Positions 1 to 9,266 of a stretch of DNA of 64,000 nt are shown piece by piece. The stretch comes from Candidatus Micrarchaeota archaeon (lineage in GTDB: Archaea > Micrarchaeota > Micrarchaeia > Norongarragalinales > SBBD01). Every line of letters begins with the position of its first letter. Position 1 is the first letter of the stretch. The notes under the pieces were generated by a model. It was given only the letters and a program-made list of their open reading frames with translations. It was not told where the DNA came from and searched no databases. The position numbers and the translations under genes were made by a program. Location of the stretch: contig JAHJQN010000007.1 of assembly GCA_018819225.1 (NCBI GenBank), positions 109,456-173,455 on the forward strand, in the 5' to 3' direction.

Positions 1-87
1 CCAGATCTGGGAGAAGAAGAAGTCCATGTTCGGGATGTCTTCTGCTTTCATCCACGGGTCTTTGTTGTGTAATTCCTGAGCACCCAT
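1..87 (-). CDS. 5' end (partial) of a PEP-utiliser/swivel-His family protein, paralog of 1874..3366
   Basis: Not in the ORF track. Hand translation MGAQELHNKDPWMKAEDIPNMDFFFSQIW aligns with MVQRDEDPWMLAEDIPNMDFFSAQIW (start 3366). GGTGA SD upstream. Runs off the window edge. Confidence 0.8.
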   Translation of the reverse strand, partial: MGAQELHNKDPWMKAEDIPNMDFFFSQIW

Positions 88-157
88 CGCGGTCACCGAT
101 ATGTTACTACTTATTGGTACTTCCAATCCTATTTAATTTTACCCGCGTATGCGCGGC

Positions 158-820
158 TCATGCCCTTTGGAATTGCTGGAGTGCTACGGGCACCAACTTG
201 GCTTCCGCCAGCCTCAAATGTTCCCTTAGCGCGGACTCCGATAACCTTAATTTCTTGGAAAGTTGTTTGAGATTGATTTTTCTGGGGTACGTATAGTACC
301 CGAATTCCGCGGCACGCTGCATGACGTTGAATTGTTGCTCGCTTAAACGCTGCATCACATCGGGAATAAAGAGATTCGTATTCTCTTGTTTCAAGCTCGT
401 TAGTTCAATGGTGGCGCGTTCCGCCACCGCGTCAATTTTCTTATAGAGTCTCTGAATGCTTTCCTTATCCCAGCTTGCCACGGTCCAATACTCGAAACCG
501 TTTTTCAGCATCTGGGGCTTAATGAAGAACACGCGCTCCTCCAGGATCAGCGTGTGATACGAAATCGCGTCTTGCGGAATGCTGAAGAAGATGTAATTGC
601 GTTCCGCATGGTGAATCCGATACCGCTCCATGGTTTTCAGTAATTGCTTAATGTACTTCTCCGTGTCCGGACCGTTTACCGCGAGCACTTTCGAGATGTG
701 CGTTTCCTCCCCTTTCTTGTAGACATTCAAATAAATGCTAAGCACCGTCACATCGTGCGTTTTCGTTAGGCGCAGCACCTCCGAGCTTTCGTGCCAGACC
801 TTGAATTCCGCGATCCACAT
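158..820 (-). CDS. Bat-type (HTH_10) transcriptional regulator
   Basis: C-terminal LSEQQ..AAEFGYYTYPRKINLKQLSKKLRLSESALREHLRLAEAKL is the HTH_10 pattern. ATG 820 chosen because a TTTAAAAATA box lies ~25 nt upstream. Confidence 0.85.
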   Translation of the reverse strand: MWIAEFKVWHESSEVLRLTKTHDVTVLSIYLNVYKKGEETHISKVLAVNGPDTEKYIKQLLKTMERYRIHHAERNYIFFSIPQDAISYHTLILEERVFFIKPQMLKNGFEYWTVASWDKESIQRLYKKIDAVAERATIELTSLKQENTNLFIPDVMQRLSEQQFNVMQRAAEFGYYTYPRKINLKQLSKKLRLSESALREHLRLAEAKLVPVALQQFQRA

Positions 821-923
821 AACTAGCTGCACGTAAATCTTATTTTTAAACAAAGGGCAGATCTTTGAATACGCCAATCCTTGTTCCAAAACCCTATTAA
901 CCTATTTCGTGCGATCTAATAGT

Positions 924-1844
924 ATGCCCCGTCGAAAACCCGCGGAAGTTATCCCATACCATCCCCTTCGTGAGGTTCCACTTCTGGTAGCTATTGAAAA
1001 TGAAGAGGGAGAACGAGCCGGATTTTCTATAGGCCATAATCACGCATTGCTCATTTTTCCCAATTCCTTGATTCGAAGACGCCCACGCATTCTTCGCAGC
1101 TTAAGAACCGCAGTCCATCCTTCGCTTAGACCGCACATCTCGAGTTTTCCCCTAAAAAAAGCACACGAAAGACGCGTGTATTCCCTAAAATATTTAGATC
1201 CACCGCATCATACCTCCCGTGGAAGGAATAGGTATTTTCGAGAGGGTTTTTTTGCTGTTGGACTAGATCCCTTGACTAACTTTGAACTCGCTCGGCCTTC
1301 CCAAGCTCAACAATTAACAGATCACATGATTCAGACCGATGATACGGATATCTCTCACATTCCTCCTAGAAAACTTCATTCCATACTGGGCGCGTCTTTC
1401 CGAGCCGAACAAGAACGATCGGTTCAGGTGGGAAAACATACGATGAGAATTTTGTTGGACCAATTGAAGCAGTGGCAAATTAAACGAGTCTTCATTAATC
1501 CGCCGGATTATTCTCTCCCGTATTCTACTACTCCTCCGACTATTGGCAAGGATGATGCACAAGCGACGTATGGCAATCCCGGGTTTACGCGACCCTATGT
1601 CTTATCGAAAGATATTCGAGATTCCTTTCTTCATTTTCAAAAAGAACAAGTTTTACCTGGCGGAGTTAGAATGGATGTTCACGCGATTCATAGGAATCGG
1701 CGCCATAATTCTTTGGAACTGGAAGGTATTGCCGTAACACTCCATCAATCGGTTTCCATTGGAAAGCTCGCTTCGGTTCTAAAGAATTTAGGCGTATATC
1801 GCAATTATAAGCCCGGAGAACGCGATTTGAAAGGCCTTCTATAA
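924..1844 (+). CDS. Hypothetical basic (Arg/His-rich) orphan protein
   Basis: ~306 aa ORF filling the gap, begins MPRRKP, visibly more AT-rich than flanks, no recognised motif. Confidence 0.65.
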   Translation: MPRRKPAEVIPYHPLREVPLLVAIENEEGERAGFSIGHNHALLIFPNSLIRRRPRILRSLRTAVHPSLRPHISSFPLKKAHERRVYSLKYLDPPHHTSRGRNRYFREGFFAVGLDPLTNFELARPSQAQQLTDHMIQTDDTDISHIPPRKLHSILGASFRAEQERSVQVGKHTMRILLDQLKQWQIKRVFINPPDYSLPYSTTPPTIGKDDAQATYGNPGFTRPYVLSKDIRDSFLHFQKEQVLPGGVRMDVHAIHRNRRHNSLELEGIAVTLHQSVSIGKLASVLKNLGVYRNYKPGERDLKGLL

Positions 1845-1873
1845 CCTCCCTTCTTCAACTGACTACCGCAGAT

Positions 1874-3366
1874 TCATTCCTGATTATTTTTCAGTATGCG
1901 CACGATTCCATTTCCTGCATCCACTTCAACGCGATCCCCGTCCTTCAGCACTTTCGTAGCGATCTTCGTACCGATGACGCAAGGAATACCCAATTCCCTG
2001 CTCACAATGGCCGCCGCTTTCTTCATTGCAGGAACCACATCGGGATTCGTCGCAATGGCCACGAGAATATCCCCTGGCTTCATTTTCATCATGTCGGATG
2101 GCGTGATGATGATTTTAACCGTCCCTACCGTTTTACCCAGCGAGGCGCACTGTCCTTTCAGCTCCCTCGCGTTCGCCTCGATTTTTTCATCAGCGCGTTC
2201 CGCCAACGTACGTGCCGCATCCCCTACGAGCACTTGACAGAATCCCTGGTATGCATACAACGTACAAAACTGTGTCCGCTCCCGCAAGAACCCTCGATCG
2301 ATCGTTCCTTCCGTCAACGCCACTTCCATTTCCTCGAACAGCATACACCGTGCTTCGTGGTTGCTGATGTTCAACCGATCCGCGATTTCCTGCAATAACG
2401 CATCCACATGGGATAATGCCGTTAGCTGTGAATACCTCCGATAAAGCTTCGTCAACATAAACTCGGCATATACGGCAAACATTTCCTTCTGATGGTCGCT
2501 CAGCTCCAACTGTTTTTCCAACTGCCTTTTTTTCGAGCGGTGTTCTTCAATGACCTTGCCGATTTCCGCAAACGTTCTTTCCGCGTCCTTCCCGCTCTTG
2601 AAGAATTCGGTGAATTCCTTCAAGTAGTGTTCGAAGGGGTAAGGCATGCCAAAAAACATGCCTCCCAAGACGCGGTACTTTTCCCAGTATTGCTCCAACC
2701 TTCTCTTGTATTGCGGAGGCAAACCAATCCGGATATGCTCGATGTCTTTAGAAAACAAGTTTTTCACGTACGCTTCTTTCCCAATCTCCTTGGCTATTTC
2801 CAGAAAGGCCTTGCGTTGACGGTTTTCCACGCTTTCTTTTTCCGGCGTCGTCAGAGGAATGAACCACGCGTTCACTTGTTCTTCGTTATCCGTTTTCATT
2901 CGAAGATAGGACTTCAATCGCTCGGTGTATTCAGGATAGAACATGTCGGTCGCGTTGCTCAAACCCCCCCATTCATGCAGCGTCGTGTGCGCGGCCACGA
3001 ATGGCTTGAGCAGCCCCAAAGCTCCTCATTCGTTTTTCGGTTCAAGTTCTTTCCATAAATGTGGTGTCGCGTGTAATCCGTCATCGCATCGGATAGCGTG
3101 ACGATGTTGCGGTTGATCTCGTGGCCGAATGCCGGATCCTCGTCTATCTTTTGAAGCACATGCCTCGCAAAATCCAGCGTATCCTGCCTTCCGTAATAGA
3201 ATTTGAGGTCGGTTCCTTTGAATACGGCTAAGATCTTTTGGTAATTCCGGCCGACGGCGTTCTCAATGCTATCCACGTACATGCGCAGCCAGATCTGCGC
3301 GGAAAAGAAGTCCATGTTTGGAATGTCTTCGGCCAGCATCCAAGGGTCTTCGTCACGTTGAACCAT
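1874..3366 (-). pseudogene. PEP-utiliser mobile-domain protein, frameshifted and lacking the phospho-His loop
   Basis: ORFs 2959..3366 and 1874..3019 join with one extra G in the G4 run at 3014-3017. The C-terminal GDILVA..TNPD..PAMKKAAAIVSRELGIPCVIGT domain lacks the TDxGGxTxH segment. Confidence 0.75.
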
Positions 3367-3391
3367 GCGATTCGCCGTTTACGCCGCCAAA

Positions 3392-5047
3392 CTAGGGAGC
3401 GGTTTCGCTTGAGGACCTTTTTTGCGCAATGTGTTCCACGATCACTCCGAACGCCGGTCTCGTTAGCCCGACTCCCAGCACGATTCCCACGATGGTCGCG
3501 AGCGCGAAACCCATCACTTCCACGATGCCCGAAAGCAGCAACGGTAGCATGCTCACGATCGCCACTCCCGCAACCGTGAAGATGATGAAGAACGCTTTTC
3601 CGATGCGATCCTTCAAACCCCTTCCATGCGCCAGTTCATCCTCTTCATCATCGCGTTTCCTGAGCACTTCGTCCGTGATAATGATTTGGTCGTCGACTCC
3701 GGATCCAATGATCGCCACAATTCCCGCAACCGCCGCCAAATCCAGTGTTCCGAATATTCCGATGAACGAGGTCGTGAGCACGATTTCCACTAAATTAACG
3801 AGAATAATGGGCACCAACAAATCCATTCGTCTGTACCGCCAAACAATCAATCCCATTACCGCGATAATCGCCGTAAAAATGGCGATCGCGCTGAACATCA
3901 AGAACTGTTCTCCTAAGGAGGGAGCGACCACGTACGCGCTTCCAAGCACGGTACTCACGGGCAGCTTTCCTCCCGAGATCACGCTCTTCAAGAGCTTGAT
4001 TTCTCCCAACGCGTTTTTCTGCGCATCCTGTTCCGTTACGCCTGAAACCGATCCGGTCACGGAATAGAATTGCGATACGTATCCGTCGGCCAGCCCGGCG
4101 GATAGCACGGGTGCGGAAATCAAGCCAATCGCCTTCCATTCGTTCACGATTCTTCCTCGGATCTGCGAATCGTACGAGTTGATGATCATGTCCTTGTCGT
4201 CTTTGACGACGATCCGGTTTTCTGCAGCGGTTGGATCGTCCGTGAAGCCCGCGTTCTTGAGCGTTTGAATCAAATCGCTTCGTTCTTCCGCAAGACTCTT
4301 TCCAATAATGACTTCCGTCTTGTTTTCATCCACGATGCGTTCCGCCAACGGTTCCGAGCTTTGATTTTCCACAAACAATACCAGTAATTTGTCGCCCTCG
4401 ATTTCCGTCAGATCTTCTATCGCCTCCTCCAGATCTTGTCGCGCGGCAAAGTTGACGCCTTGCTGCAGGTTTTCCGCGTCCACCAGGATAGCCGTATTCC
4501 GCGGCCGGTCCAAATACATGTAGACGGGGTAATTCTCTTTTCCTTCCGCGGCTTGCGCGAATCGTTCTCCTCCGGCCCTCGAGGATGCAAAATTCAATTC
4601 CCATTGCGCGGTCGTTCCTTGAGGTATAATCAATTCGCCGGAAGGACCTCCGACCGCATTCTGAACGATATCCGTTCCCTCCAAACCGACGTTTCCGTCC
4701 ACCACGGCTTCAAAACGACCTTGCTGCCTCAAAATGCGCTCGACGCTCCGGATAACGGACGCATCCGCTTGCGGAATTTCAACGATGATTTCCTTTCCGC
4801 CTAATGGGCGAACGATGCTTTGCGACAACCCGAATTTGTTGATGCGCTGCTTCAAGGTTTCAATCGTATCCGTCATTTGATCCGACGTCAAATCCTGTTC
4901 GCTAATGATTGAAATGGGAATGCGTACGCCTCCCTTGAACTCAATGCCTAAGTTCAATCCGTTGACCGCTACGAGAACGAGCGCCAATGCTACGGCGACG
5001 ATGACGAGCTGAATCCGCCGATTTTTTAGTAATTGAGTAGCGCTCAT
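3392..5047 (-). CDS. secD: Protein translocase subunit SecD (archaeal type)
   Basis: LNLGIEFKGG, P1 domain, PSLGEQF, GSGVDDQIIITDE, GFA motifs. Start overlaps the secF stop (ATGA). Confidence 0.92.
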   Translation of the reverse strand: MSATQLLKNRRIQLVIVAVALALVLVAVNGLNLGIEFKGGVRIPISIISEQDLTSDQMTDTIETLKQRINKFGLSQSIVRPLGGKEIIVEIPQADASVIRSVERILRQQGRFEAVVDGNVGLEGTDIVQNAVGGPSGELIIPQGTTAQWELNFASSRAGGERFAQAAEGKENYPVYMYLDRPRNTAILVDAENLQQGVNFAARQDLEEAIEDLTEIEGDKLLVLFVENQSSEPLAERIVDENKTEVIIGKSLAEERSDLIQTLKNAGFTDDPTAAENRIVVKDDKDMIINSYDSQIRGRIVNEWKAIGLISAPVLSAGLADGYVSQFYSVTGSVSGVTEQDAQKNALGEIKLLKSVISGGKLPVSTVLGSAYVVAPSLGEQFLMFSAIAIFTAIIAVMGLIVWRYRRMDLLVPIILVNLVEIVLTTSFIGIFGTLDLAAVAGIVAIIGSGVDDQIIITDEVLRKRDDEEDELAHGRGLKDRIGKAFFIIFTVAGVAIVSMLPLLLSGIVEVMGFALATIVGIVLGVGLTRPAFGVIVEHIAQKRSSSETAP

Positions 5048-6168
5048 TTGATTCCCCGATTGTCCGCATGCCACAATACGAGTGCGGCATTACCCGTCCA
5101 CGTGGCAATAAAGTCCACGATCCCTCCGATGACTGCAACGGCTCCAATCTGCGAGTACGTTTGAATTTGTAGGATGCTCGCCACGCCGAGGAGCACGGCG
5201 AACGCGGCCACGGTCGTCGCGTTCATGAGGAACGCCGTTTTCATGGTATCGAAAATGCGTTGTCGCGCGTTTCCTTCCGATCTCTTGAGCACGCGAATGG
5301 TCAACAGCATGTCCGTATCCAACGAGAACCCCACGAGCATGAGTAACGCCGCAACGGTAGCCAACGTCAACGGAATCTGGAACAGCCCCATCAGCCCTAA
5401 CGTGATGATGAGGTCTGCGAACGCCCCGAAAATGACGGCGAGCGACGGCAAGAAGCTTCGGAACACGAGCACAATCACGATTCCGGAAGCAACGAATGCG
5501 AACAACAGTATTTGCGTCACTTGCGAGAAGAAGAACTTACTCAACGACGCCCCGATTTCCTTGCTGGTATACGAGTCGACTGGCACCACGGCTTCGATTT
5601 CCGACAGCACGTCTTCCCGAAAACTCGATTTTTGTTCCTGAAGCTCGGCATCCACGGCCGCGAACGCATCCATTCCATTGGTTGCGCGCGTTCCGGTCCC
5701 CAGTTTTTCCATGAGGTAGTTCGCTTCGCTCAATAGCGCTTGTTCCGATGCCTGCGCTTTGGCGCGCTGTTCCCGAATTTCATTTTCCTCGCCTTGATCG
5801 ATCAATGCATCTAAGCGTAATTGTTCCGCGGAATAGTCTTCATCCAGGCGTTTGAGTGACGCCAACTGTTCCTCGACCTCGTCGAGATTCGGATTCGACT
5901 GCATTTCAATTTCGAGTCCTCGTCCCGACGGGTTCTCGAACACGCGCACGCTAATCTCCGGGGAAAGCGGGCTCAAGCGCTCTTCCAACTCCGTCACTTT
6001 CGCGTTCAAGTCGCCTTCTCCCGTATACACCGTAAACAACGCGCCTCCTTTCAGGTCGATGCCTTGCGGAATCATGGGGATAAAGAACAATGAGAGAAAC
6101 ATGAGCGCGAGTGGAATGATCAGTAGCTTGTGATAATCCGGCCGCTCGTATACGTTGGGGATGTTCAT
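5044..6168 (-). CDS. secF: Protein translocase subunit SecF (archaeal type)
   Basis: GIDLKGG, IGASLSKFF, GFSLDTDMLLT motifs; adjacent to secD. Confidence 0.92.
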   Translation of the reverse strand: MNIPNVYERPDYHKLLIIPLALMFLSLFFIPMIPQGIDLKGGALFTVYTGEGDLNAKVTELEERLSPLSPEISVRVFENPSGRGLEIEMQSNPNLDEVEEQLASLKRLDEDYSAEQLRLDALIDQGEENEIREQRAKAQASEQALLSEANYLMEKLGTGTRATNGMDAFAAVDAELQEQKSSFREDVLSEIEAVVPVDSYTSKEIGASLSKFFFSQVTQILLFAFVASGIVIVLVFRSFLPSLAVIFGAFADLIITLGLMGLFQIPLTLATVAALLMLVGFSLDTDMLLTIRVLKRSEGNARQRIFDTMKTAFLMNATTVAAFAVLLGVASILQIQTYSQIGAVAVIGGIVDFIATWTGNAALVLWHADNRGIK

Positions 6169-6345
6169 GAGACGTCTACCGCTAATGCTGTTAGACACGA
6201 TAAGCAGCGGAAACGTTTCAGCCCCTTAATGTTAATAAGCTTATTCTTATCGAGAAGCGAGAAAATTGAAAGAAACCGAGCAGTTTGCCCGGCGGATCTC
6301 CATTGCCGGTCATTATTTTAATAAACTGTTCGAGACCCGTTTTAT

Positions 6346-6921
6346 TTAGAACAAGGGGACTTTTTGCATGATGCCCAGCAGGATCAACACGAACAATATC
6401 ACGGCCGACGGAATGAACAATGACGCGAATGCCTTCGGTGTGCTTAAGCGGTGCACTTCCTCCAGCATGCGAATGTTCACGTACGCATAATACAACAGTA
6501 TTCCGATTCCGATCAACCAACCGATTCCCGGAAAGAGCTTGACCAGATAGTATAATATCAGGACGGGGGCCAGGATGATCGCATTCAAATAATATTGTTC
6601 CGCGAATTTTCCTTTTCCTCCGAACGCTTTCGCGAACAAGTAGTTCAATGAAACGAGCAGCACCACGGCAAGAAACGCGGAAGCCGCGTTGATCACGATG
6701 AACAGGAAGATCGTAGATAGGTCCATGGGCTTTACTTTCGGAGACACGCCCGGAAGAATTTTGAACGTGAACGCAAACAATGCGCTGAAGATGAGCGCGC
6801 CCATCATCAAATGCTTGTGTCCTTCCTCGTAGGTCGCGTGCTTTTTCTGACGGGAAAACAAGTGTTTTGGGTCCGAGAGCACTTCCGCCCACAAGTCCAA
6901 GCGCTCCGCCATTTTTGACAT
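6346..6921 (-). CDS. Yip1-family membrane protein
   Basis: VLSDPKHLF start, ~5 TM helices, AKAFGGKGKF and EVHRLSTPKA motifs. Confidence 0.75.
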   Translation of the reverse strand: MSKMAERLDLWAEVLSDPKHLFSRQKKHATYEEGHKHLMMGALIFSALFAFTFKILPGVSPKVKPMDLSTIFLFIVINAASAFLAVVLLVSLNYLFAKAFGGKGKFAEQYYLNAIILAPVLILYYLVKLFPGIGWLIGIGILLYYAYVNIRMLEEVHRLSTPKAFASLFIPSAVILFVLILLGIMQKVPLF

Positions 6922-7010
6922 GGAGAGCTGTATTCATTCACCCAATAAAAACCTTGTCGTTGCGTTCAAGAGAAAGCCTTTAAATAACGGACGCGCTCTT
7001 TGAATGCGGG

Positions 7011-7577
7011 GTGTTTCAAGTGCCGGAGTTACTGCTTTACGTTCCCGTTGCGCTCATCGTACTCGTTGCTATCGTATTCATCTGGATTTACAACGGCTTG
7101 GTGACGTTGCGCAACCGCATCGAGAACGCGTGGAGCCAAATCGACGTGCAGCTGAAGAAGCGGACGGACTTGATTCCTAATCTCGTGGAAACCGTGAAAG
7201 GGTATGCGAAACACGAACGCGAGACGTTCGAACGCATTACGGATGCCCGAGCCGCAACGGTGAACGCGAAATCGGTTCGCGAGAAAGCAGTCGCCGATAA
7301 CCTGCTGTCTGGAGCGCTCAAGAGCTTGTTTGCCGTTTCTGAAAACTATCCGGATTTGAAGGCGAACCAAAACTTTCTCCAATTGCAGGAAGAGCTTTCG
7401 GGCGTGGAGAGCAAAATTGCCTATGCCCGACAATTCTATAACGATTCCGTTCTCGCTTTCAACACGAAGATTCAGGTGTTTCCCTCCAATCTCGTGGCCG
7501 GCATGCTGGGCTTCCTGAAGAACGATTACTTCCGAGTGGAAGGCAAGGAGCGCGAGAACGTCCAAGTCAGGTTTTAA
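7011..7577 (+). CDS. lemA: LemA family protein
   Basis: N-terminal TM, YNGLV, AWSQIDVQLKKRTDLIPNLVETVKGY, ENYPDLKANQNF, ARQFYND. Confidence 0.95.
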   Translation: MFQVPELLLYVPVALIVLVAIVFIWIYNGLVTLRNRIENAWSQIDVQLKKRTDLIPNLVETVKGYAKHERETFERITDARAATVNAKSVREKAVADNLLSGALKSLFAVSENYPDLKANQNFLQLQEELSGVESKIAYARQFYNDSVLAFNTKIQVFPSNLVAGMLGFLKNDYFRVEGKERENVQVRF

Positions 7578-7676
7578 TGACGCGTTCTTCGTGCGGTATT
7601 GGGACGCTCATTCGGTAGGCGTTCAATCGAAAGCCATATATAGCTGAATTTCGAGGTATACTTGCGTGCTCATTTT

Positions 7677-8060
7677 ATGAACGCCGACCACTTGGACTTA
7701 TTATTAGCCTTCATCCTTCGTGAGAAGCGCTTCCTGAAAAAACGGGAAACGAGTTTCACGGACCAGGAGCTCCGCGACGGAGAACAGTTGCTTAAGCGTG
7801 CGCTCAAGGTCATGACGGCCAAAAAGCTCACGGATGAGGAACTCAGGGCACTCGCTGTCAATGAGAATAAGGCCAAGCGAATGGTTTTAGATCTTCGCAA
7901 GCGCGTCAAGAGCCTGTCTCCCAAACAGCTCCTTATTATTGTTCAAAACTATGAGCTCGTCTATTCGGTCATTGAGAAGAAACACAAGGAGCACAAAATC
8001 GTGATCGAGTCATTAAAGGGAGACCGATTCTACAATCCGCGTCGCCGGGTTTACGCGTAA
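7677..8060 (+). CDS. Hypothetical basic helical protein
   Basis: 127 aa ORF with an upstream TATA-like box; no motif recognised. Confidence 0.6.
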   Translation: MNADHLDLLLAFILREKRFLKKRETSFTDQELRDGEQLLKRALKVMTAKKLTDEELRALAVNENKAKRMVLDLRKRVKSLSPKQLLIIVQNYELVYSVIEKKHKEHKIVIESLKGDRFYNPRRRVYA

Positions 8061-8070
8061 CGTGCATTGC

Positions 8071-8400
8071 ATGACGGAAACGGTTTCTTTTTCAGATTTT
8101 GCGAAGCTCGAGCTCCGCATCGGCAAGATCATGGCCGTGGAGCCCGTAGAGGGAACGGACAAGCTCTACAAGCTGTCGGTGCGTCTCGGTGAGGAAACGC
8201 GGACTCTCGTAGCCGGTCTCGCCGAATCGTATGCCGCGGACGAGCTCATGGGCATGAAAATCGTAGTGGTCGCCAATCTCGAGCCCAAATCGTTGAAAGG
8301 CATTGAGTCCCAAGGCATGTTGCTGGCAGCCGATGAAAACGGAACGCCGGTTCTCCTGACCCCCGAAAAAGACGTCTCCGACGGAACCCCGATCCGTTAA
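8071..8400 (+). CDS. Stand-alone tRNA-binding OB-fold protein (Trbp111/MetRS C-terminal/CsaA family)
   Basis: DFAKLELRIGKI, DKLYKL, VVANLEPKSLKGIESQGMLLAA. Confidence 0.9.
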   Translation: MTETVSFSDFAKLELRIGKIMAVEPVEGTDKLYKLSVRLGEETRTLVAGLAESYAADELMGMKIVVVANLEPKSLKGIESQGMLLAADENGTPVLLTPEKDVSDGTPIR

Positions 8401-8467
8401 TTACTCTTTTTCGAGTATTTACTCTTTTTTAAGAACTTTTATAAATTCAGGGCGCGTACGTTTGGGT

Positions 8468-9265
8468 ATGCGCACTTATGCACTCGTGGCCGCTGCATTG
8501 CTTGCGGCCATCGGCATGCTGTTTCAATTCGCCAATTCCATTATCGGTATTCCAACGGGTTTTGGCATGACGATCGATCTCGTTGCCGTTCCCGTGCTCC
8601 TCGCGTTTTTTGTGCTGGGTTACGAAGTCGCCTTATACGTTCTCGTTCTTTTGGCGCTCCTCATCACGTTCGCTTCGCCGACCTCTTTCGTGGGCGCGAT
8701 CATGAAGTTTTCTGCCACGCTTCCCATGTTCTTTATCCCTACTTTGTATCTCATGGCCCGCAAGCGGGGATTCGATGCCGTCAAGCTATTCGGTATTCTC
8801 GTGCTCGCCGTCATCCTGTTAGGCGTCCTATTTGCCTTAGGCGGCTATTCGTACGCGTTTTCGGAGACGCTATTTGAGAATGCGTTGCTGATCGGCGTTC
8901 TGCCGTTCCTCGTACTCGTCGCGTTCTCGTATTTCCTGCTGCATATCTGGAAGCGCTATGGCGCCGATTTAACCCTTTCTTCTCTAGCGTCCTGGAAGAG
9001 CGCGCTATTCGTTCTCGCCCTCGCCCTATTGTTGCGCGGCATCTTGATGATTTTCACGAACTTCTATTTCGCCGGACCCCTTTTCTTCAAGATTTCTCCT
9101 CAAGAATTCACGTCGTTTGTCGAATCCGTTCCCCTCCCGTTTTTAGGGTCCAACTCGTGGTATTTCGTCGTGTTCTTCTGGAATGCCTTGCAGGGCGCGA
9201 TGGAGTTTACTATCGCATGGCTCATTGCATTCCGCTTCGGTTTCGCCCGAAAATACGGTGCGTGA
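8468..9265 (+). CDS. Multi-pass membrane protein, probable ECF transporter S component
   Basis: Very hydrophobic, IDLVAVPVLLAFF resembles S components, first gene of an operon with ECF A and T. Confidence 0.65.
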   Translation: MRTYALVAAALLAAIGMLFQFANSIIGIPTGFGMTIDLVAVPVLLAFFVLGYEVALYVLVLLALLITFASPTSFVGAIMKFSATLPMFFIPTLYLMARKRGFDAVKLFGILVLAVILLGVLFALGGYSYAFSETLFENALLIGVLPFLVLVAFSYFLLHIWKRYGADLTLSSLASWKSALFVLALALLLRGILMIFTNFYFAGPLFFKISPQEFTSFVESVPLPFLGSNSWYFVVFFWNALQGAMEFTIAWLIAFRFGFARKYGA

Positions 9266-9266
9266 C

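Noticed and set aside
99-111. TGTTACTACT shared with 12721-12730
   Set aside because: A 10-bp AT-rich match with no palindromic partner; may be chance.
1874-3019. Calling this PEP synthase (ppsA)
   Set aside because: Only the mobile domain matches; ATP-grasp and PEP-binding barrel are not recognisable and the His is missing.
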